From positions 1,853 to 65,852 of the forward strand of contig JAFLJP010000122.1 of assembly GCA_022712945.1 (NCBI GenBank): DNA of 64,000 nt, written 5' to 3'. This document shows positions 41,775 through 52,984 of the stretch, piece after piece. The notes below the pieces were generated by a model that was not told the DNA's origin, searched no databases, and was given only the letters and a program-made list of their open reading frames with translations. Source of the DNA: Gammaproteobacteria bacterium (GTDB lineage Bacteria > Pseudomonadota > Gammaproteobacteria > RBG-16-57-12). The position numbers and the translations under genes were made by a program. Numbering within the stretch: the stretch's first letter is position 1; each line of letters starts with the position of its first letter.

Positions 41775-42938
41775 CTAATGCCCATCCAAAAACTCACTGA
41801 CCGTGGTGTCCAAATATTGCCAACCACGTTCGGTTGTTTTAATGGTGTGCAACCCCCACTGAATTAACCCCTTCTGCTCCAGCCGCTTAAGTGTCGCCTC
41901 AACTTGTGTGATTGGCAGGCCGGTATGCTCGATAAAGAGTGTGGTTTCAAAGCCTTCTTTAAGGCGCAGTGCATTCATCATAAATTCAAGCCCCACCTCG
42001 TTACGGGGAATGACTTTCTCACCACCTAAAACAGCGGGAGAGCTGGCGGCCCCCAGGTACATTGCGGGTTGTTTTACCTTCCAGAGGCGGGTGATGTTCT
42101 GTTGTGCGGCATCGGAGATTTTGGCGTGTGCACCGGCACCAATGCCCAGGTAGTCACCAAACTGCCAGTAGTTGCTGTTGTGGCGACACGACATCCCTTT
42201 TTGGGCGTAGGCTGATACTTCGTATTGGTCAAAACTGGCTTCAGTCAGGGCGTGTTGCCCCTGTTGCTGCATCTCCCAGATCAGGTCACTGTTTGGCAAC
42301 GCCGGGGGCTGGTGGTGGAAGTGTGTATTGGGTTCCAGGGTCAGTTGATAATAGGAGAGGTGGGCGGGTTGCAGATCGATGGCGGTTGCCACATCCTCGG
42401 CTGCCATCTTCAAACTTTGCCCAGGCAGACCAAACATTAAATCCAAGTTAAAGCTTTCAAACCCAGCATCATGCGCCTGTTCTGCGGCGAAGATCGCCTC
42501 CTTGCGACCATGGATACGGCCCAGGCGATGCAGTGCATCATCATTAAAACTCTGAATGCCAATGGAGAGGCGATTAATGCCGGTGCTGCGAAATTCAGCA
42601 AACTTTCCCGCCTCCACCGTGCCGGGGTTTGCCTCCATGGTAATTTCACAATTTGCCACTAAGTTGAGTCGAGCCCTGATTCCCGAGAGCAGAAAATCTA
42701 ATGACTCTGGTGAAAAGAGGCTCGGGGTGCCACCACCAATAAAGACTGAGATCACCTTGCGCCCCCAGATGCGTGGTAAGTCCTGCTCCAGGTCTGCCAG
42801 CAGGGCGGCGATATAATCTCGTTGTAATAGACCCGCGCCCATCTCATGGGAGTTGAAATCACAATAAGGGCACTTCTGTACACACCAGGGGATATGTATG
42901 TAGAGGGAGAGTGGTGGCAGAGTGGTGAAGTTAAACAT
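41775..42938 (-). CDS. hemW: radical SAM heme chaperone HemW
   Basis: LYIHIPWCVQKCPYCDFN, GGGTPS, HNSNYW; follows rdgB. Confidence 0.92.
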   Translation of the reverse strand: MFNFTTLPPLSLYIHIPWCVQKCPYCDFNSHEMGAGLLQRDYIAALLADLEQDLPRIWGRKVISVFIGGGTPSLFSPESLDFLLSGIRARLNLVANCEITMEANPGTVEAGKFAEFRSTGINRLSIGIQSFNDDALHRLGRIHGRKEAIFAAEQAHDAGFESFNLDLMFGLPGQSLKMAAEDVATAIDLQPAHLSYYQLTLEPNTHFHHQPPALPNSDLIWEMQQQGQHALTEASFDQYEVSAYAQKGMSCRHNSNYWQFGDYLGIGAGAHAKISDAAQQNITRLWKVKQPAMYLGAASSPAVLGGEKVIPRNEVGLEFMMNALRLKEGFETTLFIEHTGLPITQVEATLKRLEQKGLIQWGLHTIKTTERGWQYLDTTVSEFLDGH

Positions 42939-42958
42939 CGTGTTTGGGGCTCAGAGGG

Positions 42959-43552
42959 TTATTTTTGCAGCTTAGTGATCAGTTGCCGAAGCGCTTGAGC
43001 ACGATGGCTGAGCTGGTTTTTCTGTTCCGGTGGGAGTTCGGCAGAACTACCGTTCTCTGATGCGATATAGAACAGTGGATCATAACCAAAGCCATTTTCA
43101 CCTTGGGGGGTGTGCAAAATAGTTCCCTCCCAACTGCCTTGGCAGATGAGTGGTACCGGGTCGTTTTCATGGCGCAGATAGACCAGAACGCACTGAAAGC
43201 GAGCAGTGCGCTCTGCGTCAGTCACATCTGTAAGCTCAGTCAGCAGCTTTGTATTGTTATCTGTATCACGGGCATCTGGCCCGGCAAAGCGTGCGGAATA
43301 GATGCCCGGTGCACCGTTCAATGCATCGACCTCCAGGCCTGAGTCATCCGCGATAGCGGGCAGGCCACTGTATTTGGCGGCGTTGCGCGCTTTGAGTATC
43401 GCATTCTCCACAAAGGTAAGGCCGGTCTCTTCTATTTCGGGCACCGAAAATACAGTTTGCGGTACCACGTCAATATCCAAACCAGCCAGCATCTGACTTA
43501 GCTCAGCCACTTTTCCATGGTTGCCGGTGGCTAAAACAATACGCTGTTTCAT
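42959..43552 (-). CDS. rdgB: non-canonical purine NTP pyrophosphatase
   Basis: ATGNHGK, ADDSGL, GFGYDP, SHRA. Confidence 0.94.
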   Translation of the reverse strand: MKQRIVLATGNHGKVAELSQMLAGLDIDVVPQTVFSVPEIEETGLTFVENAILKARNAAKYSGLPAIADDSGLEVDALNGAPGIYSARFAGPDARDTDNNTKLLTELTDVTDAERTARFQCVLVYLRHENDPVPLICQGSWEGTILHTPQGENGFGYDPLFYIASENGSSAELPPEQKNQLSHRAQALRQLITKLQK

Positions 43553-43553
43553 G

Positions 43554-44270
43554 TCAGGCACCCAGTGCTTCCGTTTGCTTGGCAATCAAATGTTTGATGC
43601 CACTGGCTGCCAGTTCAAGCATGGCGTTCAACTCCTCTTTACGAAAGGCGTGCCCCTCAGCGGTGCCCTGCACTTCGATGTAGGCACCGGCATCATTCAT
43701 CACCACATTCATGTCGGTCTCTGCGTTTGAATCCTCATCGTAATCGAGGTCCAGCACCGGGGTGCCTTCAAAAATGCCGACTGACACGGATGCGACGTGA
43801 CCGTGAAGAGGAGATTTTTTTATCTTGCCGCTTTTTATTAAGTGATTGACCGCATCAACCATGGCAACATAAGCGCCGGTGATTGAGGCGGTGCGGGTGC
43901 CGCCATCGGCCTGAATAACATCACAGTCCACGGTAATGATGCGCTCACCCAATGCTTCCAGATCAACCACCGCACGCAGTGAGCGGGCAATCAATCGTTG
44001 AATCTCCATGGTGCGACCACCTTGACCACCACGGGCCGCTTCACGTTGCATGCGCGAACCGGTAGAGCGGGGCAGCATCCCGTATTCAGCAGTGACCCAG
44101 CCTTTACCCTTGCCTTTTAACCAGCGGGGTACTCGCTCTTCAATCGAGGCGGTGCAGATAACCTTGGTATCACCAAATTCGACTAATACCGAGCCTTCAG
44201 CATGTTTGGTATAGTGGCGGGTTAGACGAACTTCACGCATTTGATCGGGATGACGGCCACTGGGACGCAT
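43554..44270 (-). CDS. rph: ribonuclease PH
   Basis: [30 protein letters not shown]. Confidence 0.96.
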   Translation of the reverse strand: MRPSGRHPDQMREVRLTRHYTKHAEGSVLVEFGDTKVICTASIEERVPRWLKGKGKGWVTAEYGMLPRSTGSRMQREAARGGQGGRTMEIQRLIARSLRAVVDLEALGERIITVDCDVIQADGGTRTASITGAYVAMVDAVNHLIKSGKIKKSPLHGHVASVSVGIFEGTPVLDLDYDEDSNAETDMNVVMNDAGAYIEVQGTAEGHAFRKEELNAMLELAASGIKHLIAKQTEALGA

Positions 44271-44482
44271 AGGAAACCTCACTCTGTAAATATATGTATA
44301 GGTACCTGTAAATAGGCACTTGATTGATGGCGGGAATTATAGCGATATCTGGTGGTGGTAGGGAAAGAATTTATCTTGATCATAAGCTGTACATTGCCAT
44401 GGTCCTATGGTATAAATTCGCGCCTCGACCCCGTAGTCTGGGCGAACAGTGTTTAGATTTTAAGATTTTTGGAGGCTCAATA

Positions 44483-44719
44483 ATGTCACGTGTATGCCAG
44501 GTAACAGGCAAACGCCCAATGGCGGGGAACAATGTTTCTCACGCTAACAACAGAACCCGCCGTCGTTTTTTGCCTAATCTGCAAGCGCATCGTTTCTGGG
44601 TTGCTAGTGAAAACCGCTGGGTTCGGTTACGTACCTCGACCAAGGGGATGCGTATCATCGACAAGAATGGTATTGATTCAGTACTGAAAGATATGCGCTC
44701 ACGCGGTGAGAAAGTATAA
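44483..44719 (+). CDS. rpmB: 50S ribosomal protein L28
   Basis: [10 protein letters not shown]...RRFLPN, 78 aa, GGAGG RBS. Confidence 0.96.
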   Translation: MSRVCQVTGKRPMAGNNVSHANNRTRRRFLPNLQAHRFWVASENRWVRLRTSTKGMRIIDKNGIDSVLKDMRSRGEKV

Positions 44720-44730
44720 GGAGTTAAACC

Positions 44731-44898
44731 ATGGCTAAGTCTGTACGCGAAAAAATTCGCTTGGTTTCAAGCGCGGGTACCGGTCACTTCTACACAACGA
44801 CCAAAAACAAGCGCAACAACCCAGAAAAAATGGAATGCAACAAATATGATCCTACCATCCGTCAACATGTGATGTACAAGGAAGCGAAGATTAAGTAA
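44731..44898 (+). CDS. rpmG: 50S ribosomal protein L33 (55 aa, not in the ORF track)
   Basis: [28 protein letters not shown]...KYDP...YKEAKIK. Confidence 0.96.
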   Translation: MAKSVREKIRLVSSAGTGHFYTTTKNKRNNPEKMECNKYDPTIRQHVMYKEAKIK

Positions 44899-44907
44899 TT
44901 AACCTTC

Positions 44908-44935
44908 AAAAAGCCCAGCTAAATGCTGGGCTTTT
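44908..44935 (+). terminator. intrinsic terminator after rpmG
   Basis: aaaagcccagc-taaat-gctgggctttt. Confidence 0.8.
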
Positions 44936-45049
44936 AACATTCTGCTCCCCCCGCACTTGATTTATTCTGCATCTGCATTCAAGATAACGTTTTTTTAACG
45001 CTACTAAGCTGTCGCGTTGATTAGAAATTATTCTACTTAAGGTATAGCT

Positions 45050-45610
45050 ATGAAACTGCGCACCCTAACCACTGCAATTGTTTTTGCTGTCACGGGTCAT
45101 GCCCATGCGGCGACTGTTGATGTTGCCCTGAGTGATGAGAGTGCCCGCTTTGCACTCAGCTCCTTTGTTGGTGGCTTTTCTGAGGGACGTACCATCATGA
45201 GCAGCAGCCTGTTTTATAATACCGAAAACGACGGTGTTGTGAGTGCAGGCCTGCATATGATTGATGTTGTGGGTAGTAAAACACCGGGTTTGCAGGTTGG
45301 TGTTGGTTTTCAGGCCTACTACTCTCACCTGACTGATCATGATGGTATCGCGCTCGCACTGGGTGGTGTTATCAGTTACCGCGCACCGCAACTGCAACGT
45401 GTTAACTTTGTTATTCATGGTCACCATGCGCCAAGCATTACCAGCTATATGGATAGCGAGCGACTGAGTGAGTATGGAGTTTCCATTGAATATTCCCTAC
45501 TACCCCAAGCGGACATCTACATTGGCTATCGCAAAATTGAAGTCGATGATCAGGGCCTGACACTTGAGATGGATGACAGTGGCCACATCGGGCTGCGCAT
45601 AACTTTCTAA
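45050..45610 (+). CDS. YfaZ-like outer-membrane beta-barrel protein
   Basis: Signal peptide AHA-A, alternating beta-strand pattern, APSITSY, YIGYR, C-terminal IGLRITF. Confidence 0.7.
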   Translation: MKLRTLTTAIVFAVTGHAHAATVDVALSDESARFALSSFVGGFSEGRTIMSSSLFYNTENDGVVSAGLHMIDVVGSKTPGLQVGVGFQAYYSHLTDHDGIALALGGVISYRAPQLQRVNFVIHGHHAPSITSYMDSERLSEYGVSIEYSLLPQADIYIGYRKIEVDDQGLTLEMDDSGHIGLRITF

Positions 45611-45630
45611 TGCCATTAGGGATATTGAAT

Positions 45631-46176
45631 GTGAAATATAACTACCTCATTTTAATCCTAATTCTTTCCCTGGCTAGCAGCACCTGCTGGGCGGAAGAGC
45701 TCAATACCCAGGAGCAATTTAAAAGCCTGGATAATCGAATTCAGAATCTAAAACGCTCGGCAGTGGAGCTGGGCAAAGAGATTGCGATATTGGAAGAGGA
45801 GCTACTGTTTCCTGCCAATACGCAATATGGTCTCTACCTCTCCATGGATACGGATGAGACTTATAAATTGATTACGGTTATCGTCAAACTGGATGGTAAC
45901 GTGGTCAATAATTACATGTATGACGTTAGCGAGTTGAATGCTCTCTCTAATGGGGCGGTTCACCAGTTGCATAAGGGCAATTTAAAAACCGGTAAACACA
46001 CCCTCAGCATCACCTATATGGGCAAGGTCGGTTCACGTATGACACGGCTAACCAATACCCACGAGTTTGAAAAAGGTAATAAGCCGGTCTTTATTGAACT
46101 GAACCTCAGCGGTAAAGAGCTAGGGAAATTTGGCAAAGCGAAAGAGCCGACCATTAACGTGAAGCAGTGGAGCTAA
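45631..46176 (+). CDS. periplasmic protein with coiled coil and beta-rich domain (Agl-Glt-like cluster)
   Basis: Signal peptide, coiled coil, LEEELLFP motif; start uncertain (45610 or GTG 45631). Confidence 0.7.
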   Translation: MKYNYLILILILSLASSTCWAEELNTQEQFKSLDNRIQNLKRSAVELGKEIAILEEELLFPANTQYGLYLSMDTDETYKLITVIVKLDGNVVNNYMYDVSELNALSNGAVHQLHKGNLKTGKHTLSITYMGKVGSRMTRLTNTHEFEKGNKPVFIELNLSGKELGKFGKAKEPTINVKQWS

Positions 46177-46192
46177 GTTAGTTTTTTCAGCT

Positions 46193-48043
46193 ATGACCAT
46201 TGTTAGCCGATTTTTCAGCCTCTCTCTCATCAGTCTCTGGTGCTGCGGTATCCTTGTCGCGGGCACCGAGGTGAAGTGGAAAAATGTTAAAGACCCTATT
46301 CTGGGTGATGCACTCTTCCACCTCTATCAAGATAAAAACTTAAGTGGCATCATTCAGCTCTCTGCTGACCGACAACTTGGCCGGGTAAAGCTTCAGAAAG
46401 AGGAGGCGGAGTTAGCGCTTACCATGCTTAATCTCGCTTATGGATTGCACCGGGAAGCTGCCAGCAACCTAGTGACAATCCAAAAGCGCGGTAACATCAA
46501 TAAAGATATCAGCAATCATATTTGGTTCTATATCGCAAAAATCCGCTATCAGCGTGGCTATTTTGCTATGGCTGAGAGCGCTCTCTCGCAGATCAGCGGG
46601 GCACTTCCCTGGGAGCTGGAGCAGGATTTACAGCTTTTCATGGCGCTGTTGCTGATGGATAGAGGCGAGTTTTTACCTGCCAGTAAAGTGCTCGACCAGA
46701 TAAAAGGTAATACCGGTGCCGTACCATTTGCTCGCTTCAACAGTGCCGTTAGCTTGGTGCAAAATGAGGAGGTGGAGAAGGCGCTGGCAACCTTGCAGCG
46801 CGTTTCTGATATCAAGTTCACTACCGAGCAAGAGAAATACCTGCGTGACAGAGCCAATATCTACCTCGGCTATTATCAGCTTCTCGAAGAGAAAAACCCG
46901 GAAAAATCGATCGCCTATTTTGAAAAAGTACACCTCTATGGCGTAGAGTCTAACGAGGCACTGCTTGGCTTGGGTTGGGCTCACTATGCACTTGAGCAAT
47001 ACGAACAAGCATTGGTCTCCTGGGCGGAGTTGTCCACCCGTAACGCCTCAGACCCCAATGTGCAAGAGGCGATGGTCGCAGTCCCGTTTACACTGGCAAA
47101 GAACAAAAGCTACGCAAGCTCTGCCGATCTTTATAACCGTGCTCTGGATACCTTTCATGCTGAAGTTAAAAATATTGATAACACCATTATCTCGGTAAAG
47201 AAGGGGGCTTTTTTCGATAAGCTGTTGACGGATATCAGTGAGGGTGAAAAAGGTTGGAATGGTGATGTCTACTCACTGCCCAAAAGTAGAGAGAGTTACT
47301 ATTTCACCCAAATGCTGGCTCGCCATGATTATCAGGAGGCGCTGAAAAACTACCGTGACCTTCGCTACCTGCAAAGTAAACTCAATGACTGGCGTCATGA
47401 TCTGGAGACCTTTGATGACACCAACCACTACTGGATAGACAATCTTCTAAACCGAGCCAAAAACTTTGCTCAACAATCGTTTGAGCAGACGGCCTCACAA
47501 CTAAAAAACACCCGTGTACAATTGATGTCTCAGTTAGCCGAAATAGAGGCCAGTCAGGATGCGATGGCCCTTGCCAGCGGCAAAGAGCAGCGTCAGTTGG
47601 CCAAAGTGGTCGAGTTGAAGGCGTCACTAGAGCTCGGTGCCAGCCGCAACCCAAACGCAAAGCAGCAACGTCGCCAACTCAGTTTGATGGAGCGACAGAT
47701 ACTCTGGGGTATTCACAGTCGTTTCAGCTCGCGTTTACGAAAAGCAAAGCAGGGTCTCGATGAGGTGGTTAGCAGTATTGAACAATCCTCAAAACGTAAC
47801 CAAGCGCTGGGTGGTGTGGTTGCCCAAGCAGTCGCCCATGCCCGTACCTTTGATGGCAGGATCAGCCAGACTAACGGCAAAATTAATGGCTTACAGCCGC
47901 AGATTTCACACGCAATTAAAGAGACCGAAGCTCATCTGATCAATATCGCCGTGGTTGCTCTGGAAGAGCGCCGAACCCAGTTAAAAGCCTTTATTGCACA
48001 AGTGTCATTCTCCGTTGGTGCCTCTTACGACGGGGGGCAATAG
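46193..48043 (+). CDS. secreted TPR protein with C-terminal coiled coil (GltC-like)
   Basis: Signal peptide, TPR-like repeats such as ALLGLGWAHYALEQYEQAL. Confidence 0.75.
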   Translation: MTIVSRFFSLSLISLWCCGILVAGTEVKWKNVKDPILGDALFHLYQDKNLSGIIQLSADRQLGRVKLQKEEAELALTMLNLAYGLHREAASNLVTIQKRGNINKDISNHIWFYIAKIRYQRGYFAMAESALSQISGALPWELEQDLQLFMALLLMDRGEFLPASKVLDQIKGNTGAVPFARFNSAVSLVQNEEVEKALATLQRVSDIKFTTEQEKYLRDRANIYLGYYQLLEEKNPEKSIAYFEKVHLYGVESNEALLGLGWAHYALEQYEQALVSWAELSTRNASDPNVQEAMVAVPFTLAKNKSYASSADLYNRALDTFHAEVKNIDNTIISVKKGAFFDKLLTDISEGEKGWNGDVYSLPKSRESYYFTQMLARHDYQEALKNYRDLRYLQSKLNDWRHDLETFDDTNHYWIDNLLNRAKNFAQQSFEQTASQLKNTRVQLMSQLAEIEASQDAMALASGKEQRQLAKVVELKASLELGASRNPNAKQQRRQLSLMERQILWGIHSRFSSRLRKAKQGLDEVVSSIEQSSKRNQALGGVVAQAVAHARTFDGRISQTNGKINGLQPQISHAIKETEAHLINIAVVALEERRTQLKAFIAQVSFSVGASYDGGQ

Positions 48044-48045
48044 TC

Positions 48046-50877
48046 ATGGTTTTACGATGGGTGCTCACCGGGCTACTGTTGCTCAATATATCAACCGTTT
48101 CTGCAAAACCAGATGCTAGCGAAATGACGCTGAAGGAGTTGCGTGATCGCAGCTACACAATAGAAGAGGATGCCCGGCCTGAGCAGGCGCTTAAGCGCTC
48201 CACTCAGGGTTATCAACTCTTTTTAGACTCCCCTCTTGGCGGTGCCATGCGCCGGGAATCTTTGCGCCGTATCGCTGACCGAATGCAGCAGCAACTGGAA
48301 GAAGAGGAGGAGCGAATGGTCTCTGGTACCGAGCTTGAAGAAGAGAGATTTTTTCTCAAAGATGCCAGTTATGAGAAAGCGATTCAACATTACAACGAGG
48401 CGGTTGATAACTACCCCGACTTTCCTGGTAATGAACATATCTATTACCAACTGGCGCGTGCCTATGAAGCCAATGGTGAGCCCAAACAGGCGATCTGGGC
48501 ACTGAAGCGGCTGATTAAAGATCACAGTGATACGGACTATATTGATGAGACCCACTTCCGTGTTGCAGAACTGAGCTTCCTGACACAAAAATTCCCCCAG
48601 GCAACTGCGCACTACAATGAATTGATCAAGCAGGGTGCCGAGAACCAGTATTACCGCGTTGCCCTGTATAAATCCGGCTGGTCACTGTTTAAAAATAAGG
48701 ATTACAAAGAGTCCCTTGATCAGTTTATTGAGCTGCTTGACCACATGATGCTTGATGTCACTCTGGAAGATATGCTGGCCGAGCTTCCCCAATACACCAT
48801 CGGTGAGCGGGAGATGATCAAAGATACGTTACGAGTCATGAGTATCGCGATCACTCATCAGGAAGAGCCCCTGGGTTATATGGAGAGTTATCTGGCGGGT
48901 TTGACGGAACTACGCGCCTATGAATTTATGGTCTATCAGGCGCTGGGCGATATGTACCACTACCAAGAGCTCTACCAGGATGCTGCCGGGGTCTATGCCG
49001 CATTTGCCCAGCAGCAGTCACTGCACCCCCAAGCCCCTTTCTTCCAAATCATGGCGATTGAGACCTACCGCAAAGGGCGTTTTAGCGAACTTCAAGATAA
49101 AGCGATTCGACACTTTTCCAGCAGCTTTGGTTACCAGGCCGCTTTTTGGGGAGTCGCACAGCCGACAAAACTAAAACAGCAACTTGAGCCCTACCTTCGC
49201 CAGCATCTCTCACGCCTGGCCCTTAAGCACCACGCAGCGCTGCAGAAAAAGGGGACTGAAATAAATAAACAACAGGCGCTTCACTGGTACCGTGCCTATC
49301 TCGACTCCTTTTCAAAAGATAGTGAAGCGGCACACATAAACTTCCTGTTAGCTGAGTTACTATTTGAAGTCGGTGATTACAAAGCCGCCGCTATTGAATA
49401 CAACCGAACAGCTTATGACTACGGTCGCCATCCTGAGTCTCAGGAGTCGGGTTACGCCGCTATTCTTGCTTTTGATAAGCAGAGGAAGGGGCTAGCCGGA
49501 GAAGAGCTGGATACATGGCGTCGGCAGTCGCTGGAAAATGCACTGCATTTTGCCAAAGTTTTTAGTGATGACGAGCGTGTGCCCAGTGTGATCACCAAAA
49601 CGGCGCAAGACCTGTTTGAAGTCGGTGCTTATGACACGGCCATTAAAGCTGCCAGCATCATCCTGACCTTAAGAGGGTTAACGCCGAAGAAACAGCGTAG
49701 TGCCTACCTGGTGATCGGCCACTCCTATTTTGAAAAGGAAGACTACCCCCGAGCTGAAAGTGCCTATCAATCTGCCCTGCGTCTTATGGAAAAAAGGGAC
49801 AGTGATTACAATGGTACCTACGAGCGCATTGCAGCCGCCATCTACAAACAGGCTGAGCACCAGCAGAAAAGTGGCAACCTGCAAGCGGCAGTACGTGAAT
49901 ACCAGCGTTTGATTGTGGTGGCCCCGCTTAGCAAAATCCGTGATACTACCGAGTTCGATACGGCAACCGCACTGTTACAGTTGAAGCAGTGGCAGGGTGC
50001 AATCGATATTCTGGTGAAAATGCGTAGAACCATTTTTGGCAAAAAACACGCCATGGATATCACCCAAAAACTGACGGTTGCCTATCTAGAAACGGATCAG
50101 AATCAGAATGCTGCCGCAGAGCTTGAAACATTGGCACTTCTGGCACCTGATTATGATATTCAACGGGAAGCGGTTTGGCGTGCAGCGGAACTCTATGAAA
50201 AAGAGGGCAATATTCTGGCGACAATCAAGGCGTTTGAAGATTATGTAAAACGTTACCCAAGCCCCGTTGATGCAAATGTTGAAGCGCGCTATAAATTGTC
50301 GCAGCTATACCAAGGGCAGAATAATCAACGCCTGCAGATCGCACGCTTGAAAGATGTTATCAGCGTCGACGCCAAAGCACTTGAGCAGCGTACTTCGCGA
50401 ACAAAGTACCTCGCCGGCATTTCAGCGTTAACATTGGCAGACCTTGCCAATGACGAGTACAAAAGCATTAAATTGGTTGAGCCGATCAAGAAAAACCTGA
50501 AACGCAAAAAAGATCAGATGCAGAAGGTGATAAAGGATTATGGCAGTGTATCTGAATATGCGATTGCCGAGCTAATCACCAATGCAACCTTCAAGATTGC
50601 TGAAATTTATCGTGATTTTTCACAGGCACTGATGGAATCCGATCGACCAAAAGGGCTCGACACGGATGAGCTTGAGATGTACGACATCATGCTTGAGGAG
50701 CAAGCTTTCCCGTTTGAAGAGAAAGCGATTGATCTGCACGAGAAAAATTATCACCGCATCAACGATGGCGTCTTTGATCTGTGGGTGAAAAACAGCTTGA
50801 ATGTACTTGGCACCATTAATCCAGGGCGTTACGACAAGTCAGAAAATGAGGTGGGCTACATTGAAATATTCAACTAG
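48046..50877 (+). CDS. large secreted TPR protein (GltD/AgmU-like)
   Basis: 943 aa, many TPR repeats (YYQLARAYE, ALYKSGWSLFK), C-terminal LEEQAFPFEEKAI motif. Confidence 0.8.
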   Translation: MVLRWVLTGLLLLNISTVSAKPDASEMTLKELRDRSYTIEEDARPEQALKRSTQGYQLFLDSPLGGAMRRESLRRIADRMQQQLEEEEERMVSGTELEEERFFLKDASYEKAIQHYNEAVDNYPDFPGNEHIYYQLARAYEANGEPKQAIWALKRLIKDHSDTDYIDETHFRVAELSFLTQKFPQATAHYNELIKQGAENQYYRVALYKSGWSLFKNKDYKESLDQFIELLDHMMLDVTLEDMLAELPQYTIGEREMIKDTLRVMSIAITHQEEPLGYMESYLAGLTELRAYEFMVYQALGDMYHYQELYQDAAGVYAAFAQQQSLHPQAPFFQIMAIETYRKGRFSELQDKAIRHFSSSFGYQAAFWGVAQPTKLKQQLEPYLRQHLSRLALKHHAALQKKGTEINKQQALHWYRAYLDSFSKDSEAAHINFLLAELLFEVGDYKAAAIEYNRTAYDYGRHPESQESGYAAILAFDKQRKGLAGEELDTWRRQSLENALHFAKVFSDDERVPSVITKTAQDLFEVGAYDTAIKAASIILTLRGLTPKKQRSAYLVIGHSYFEKEDYPRAESAYQSALRLMEKRDSDYNGTYERIAAAIYKQAEHQQKSGNLQAAVREYQRLIVVAPLSKIRDTTEFDTATALLQLKQWQGAIDILVKMRRTIFGKKHAMDITQKLTVAYLETDQNQNAAAELETLALLAPDYDIQREAVWRAAELYEKEGNILATIKAFEDYVKRYPSPVDANVEARYKLSQLYQGQNNQRLQIARLKDVISVDAKALEQRTSRTKYLAGISALTLADLANDEYKSIKLVEPIKKNLKRKKDQMQKVIKDYGSVSEYAIAELITNATFKIAEIYRDFSQALMESDRPKGLDTDELEMYDIMLEEQAFPFEEKAIDLHEKNYHRINDGVFDLWVKNSLNVLGTINPGRYDKSENEVGYIEIFN

Positions 50878-51475
50878 TAAAGGCCTGGCAATCCTGCTTG
50901 CTCTTATTCTGCTCTCTGGTTGTGCCAGCAAGCCCGCACCAAAAGCAGTGATTATTCAGTCGGAGGATAGCAGTAAAGAAGAGCAGCTGCGGCTGGATAC
51001 TGCGGGTAAAGCATTCTCCCAGGCACTCAAAGAGCTTAACGAAAAAGAGTTTGAAAAGGCGCGAGACATTCTCACCAGCCTGGCACGTCAATACCCTGAA
51101 TATGCGGGTATTTATGCCAATCTTGGTATTGCACAGATGAACTTAAATGAAGACGAAGAGGCGCAAAAGTCATTTCAAGCAGCCTTGGAGCACAAAGAAA
51201 ACTTCCCCCAGGTTTATAATCAGCTCGGTTTGCTTCATCGCCAGCATGGTCGCTTTAAAGAGGCAGAAGTGGTCTACAAAAAAGCGATTGAACTCGACCC
51301 TGAATATGCCGATGCACACCGTAATCTGGGCATTCTTTATGACCTCTATTTGATGGATCTCACAAATGCGCTTCAGCATTACGTGAAATATAAAGAACTG
51401 GCGAACCCCGCCGAAAAAGACCCCATACATAAGTGGATCATTGATTTAACAAATCGAACAAATCCCGTAAGATAG
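50861..51475 (+). CDS. TPR lipoprotein (GltE/AglT-like)
   Basis: Lipobox LSGC, TPRs (YANLGI, YNQLGL, HRNLGILYDLY); probable TTG start overlapping the previous gene. Confidence 0.78.
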   Translation: MKYSTSKGLAILLALILLSGCASKPAPKAVIIQSEDSSKEEQLRLDTAGKAFSQALKELNEKEFEKARDILTSLARQYPEYAGIYANLGIAQMNLNEDEEAQKSFQAALEHKENFPQVYNQLGLLHRQHGRFKEAEVVYKKAIELDPEYADAHRNLGILYDLYLMDLTNALQHYVKYKELANPAEKDPIHKWIIDLTNRTNPVR

Positions 51476-51479
51476 CACT

Positions 51480-51767
51480 ATGTTAAAAATGATCGCCCCA
51501 TTGTTGTTGAGCCTCGGACTGCTGACCGCCACGGCCAGTCAGGCTGAAGTGCGGTTGGATCTTGATGCAACATCGATTATAGGCAATCGTGAACTGCCAA
51601 GGATTGTCTACCTGATCGCCTGGCGTGATGCGCCCGAGGGCGACATTCTCGAACAATCGCTTGATATTAACCATGATAATAAAATGGTTCCGTTGGACCG
51701 TGATGTATTTCAGCGCCAAATTAGCTATCACGACCTGCTGTTTGGTGTTGATAAGAGTAAAAAATAA
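51480..51767 (+). CDS. small secreted protein (GltF-like)
   Basis: Signal peptide SQA-E, IIGNRELPRIVY motif, 95 aa. Confidence 0.68.
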   Translation: MLKMIAPLLLSLGLLTATASQAEVRLDLDATSIIGNRELPRIVYLIAWRDAPEGDILEQSLDINHDNKMVPLDRDVFQRQISYHDLLFGVDKSKK

Positions 51768-51819
51768 TTCCCGTTTTTCAAAAATTAGAAATTAATGTTA
51801 TTTGAGTGAGGAGCTTGTT

Positions 51820-52461
51820 ATGGATACTATTATTCGTTTTTTCCAGGAAGGGGGGGTTTTTATGTACCCAATCACCCTTATCTTGGCACTGGGCATGGCG
51901 ATTGCCTTGGAGCGCTACCTCTTTCTGAGCAGCGCCAAATCGAAAAATAATAAAACCTGGAACCAGCTGATACCCCTGATCAACCAAGGTGATATCGTAG
52001 CGGCGGCCAAAGTGGTGGAAAAGACCAAATCACATATCGGCCATGTGGTTGCTTACGGCCTCAATCAACGCAAAACATCGAAACACCGTGAAGATATTGA
52101 GACGGCGATGGAAGAGGGTTTGATGGAGGTTCTCCCCAAGCTTGAAAAACGCACACACTATGTTGCCACTTACGCCAACATCGCCACGTTGATGGGGCTG
52201 CTGGGAACCATCATCGGTCTGATTCAGGCCTTTACCGCCGTTGCTAATGCAGACCCGGCTGAGAAGGCAAACCTGCTCTCCGCCTCGATTTCGGTCGCCA
52301 TGAATACCACCGCCTATGGTTTGATTGCCGCAATTCCCTTGCTGCTGATGTTCGCGCTACTACAGACCAAAACCACCGAGGTTGTTGATAGCCTTGAGAT
52401 GGCATCTGTCAAAATCGTTAACCTGATTAGTGGTGAAAACAGCAAGAATGGAAATGCATAG
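51820..52461 (+). CDS. MotA/TolQ/ExbB proton channel protein (AglR-like)
   Basis: GGVFMYPI, ATLMGLLGTIIGLI, ISVAMNTTAYGL. Confidence 0.9.
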   Translation: MDTIIRFFQEGGVFMYPITLILALGMAIALERYLFLSSAKSKNNKTWNQLIPLINQGDIVAAAKVVEKTKSHIGHVVAYGLNQRKTSKHREDIETAMEEGLMEVLPKLEKRTHYVATYANIATLMGLLGTIIGLIQAFTAVANADPAEKANLLSASISVAMNTTAYGLIAAIPLLLMFALLQTKTTEVVDSLEMASVKIVNLISGENSKNGNA

Positions 52462-52463
52462 CA

Positions 52464-52973
52464 ATGAGCATTCGCAACCGCCGTCATAAACAAGAAGTTC
52501 CGGAACTCGATGTAACCGCCTTCCTCAACTTGATGGTGGTATTGATACCGTTTCTACTGGTCAGTGCTGTCTTTACCCAGATCACCGTGATCGAGCTCAA
52601 TATGCCGCCTCCTTCTGATGAAGCTCAGCAGGAGAAGGATAAAAAAGAGAAGCTTGATCTGGAGATTGTGATTCGCGCAGCAACCATCGAAATACATGGT
52701 GGCAAAACGGGTCTGTTGAAGCGCTACAAGATGAACGAGGGTCAATTTGACTACGCAGAAATATCCACTTACCTGCAAGAGATCAAGCGCCGTTATGCAC
52801 AAGAGACCACCTCTATGATTCTGGTAGAGCCCGAAATTAACTACGATACCCTCGTGCAAGTGATGGACACTGTGCGCCTGTTTGAATTTGAAGAGGATGG
52901 TGGCCTAATACAGGCTGAACTGTTCCCCGACATGTCAATCGGTGACGCACCCATACTTGGCAAAGGTAAGTAA
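52464..52973 (+). CDS. ExbD/TolR family protein 1 (Asn at the conserved Asp position)
   Basis: ELDVTAFLNLMVVLIPFLL TM segment, YDTLVQVMD. Confidence 0.85.
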   Translation: MSIRNRRHKQEVPELDVTAFLNLMVVLIPFLLVSAVFTQITVIELNMPPPSDEAQQEKDKKEKLDLEIVIRAATIEIHGGKTGLLKRYKMNEGQFDYAEISTYLQEIKRRYAQETTSMILVEPEINYDTLVQVMDTVRLFEFEEDGGLIQAELFPDMSIGDAPILGKGK

Positions 52974-52984
52974 AGGCGTACTTA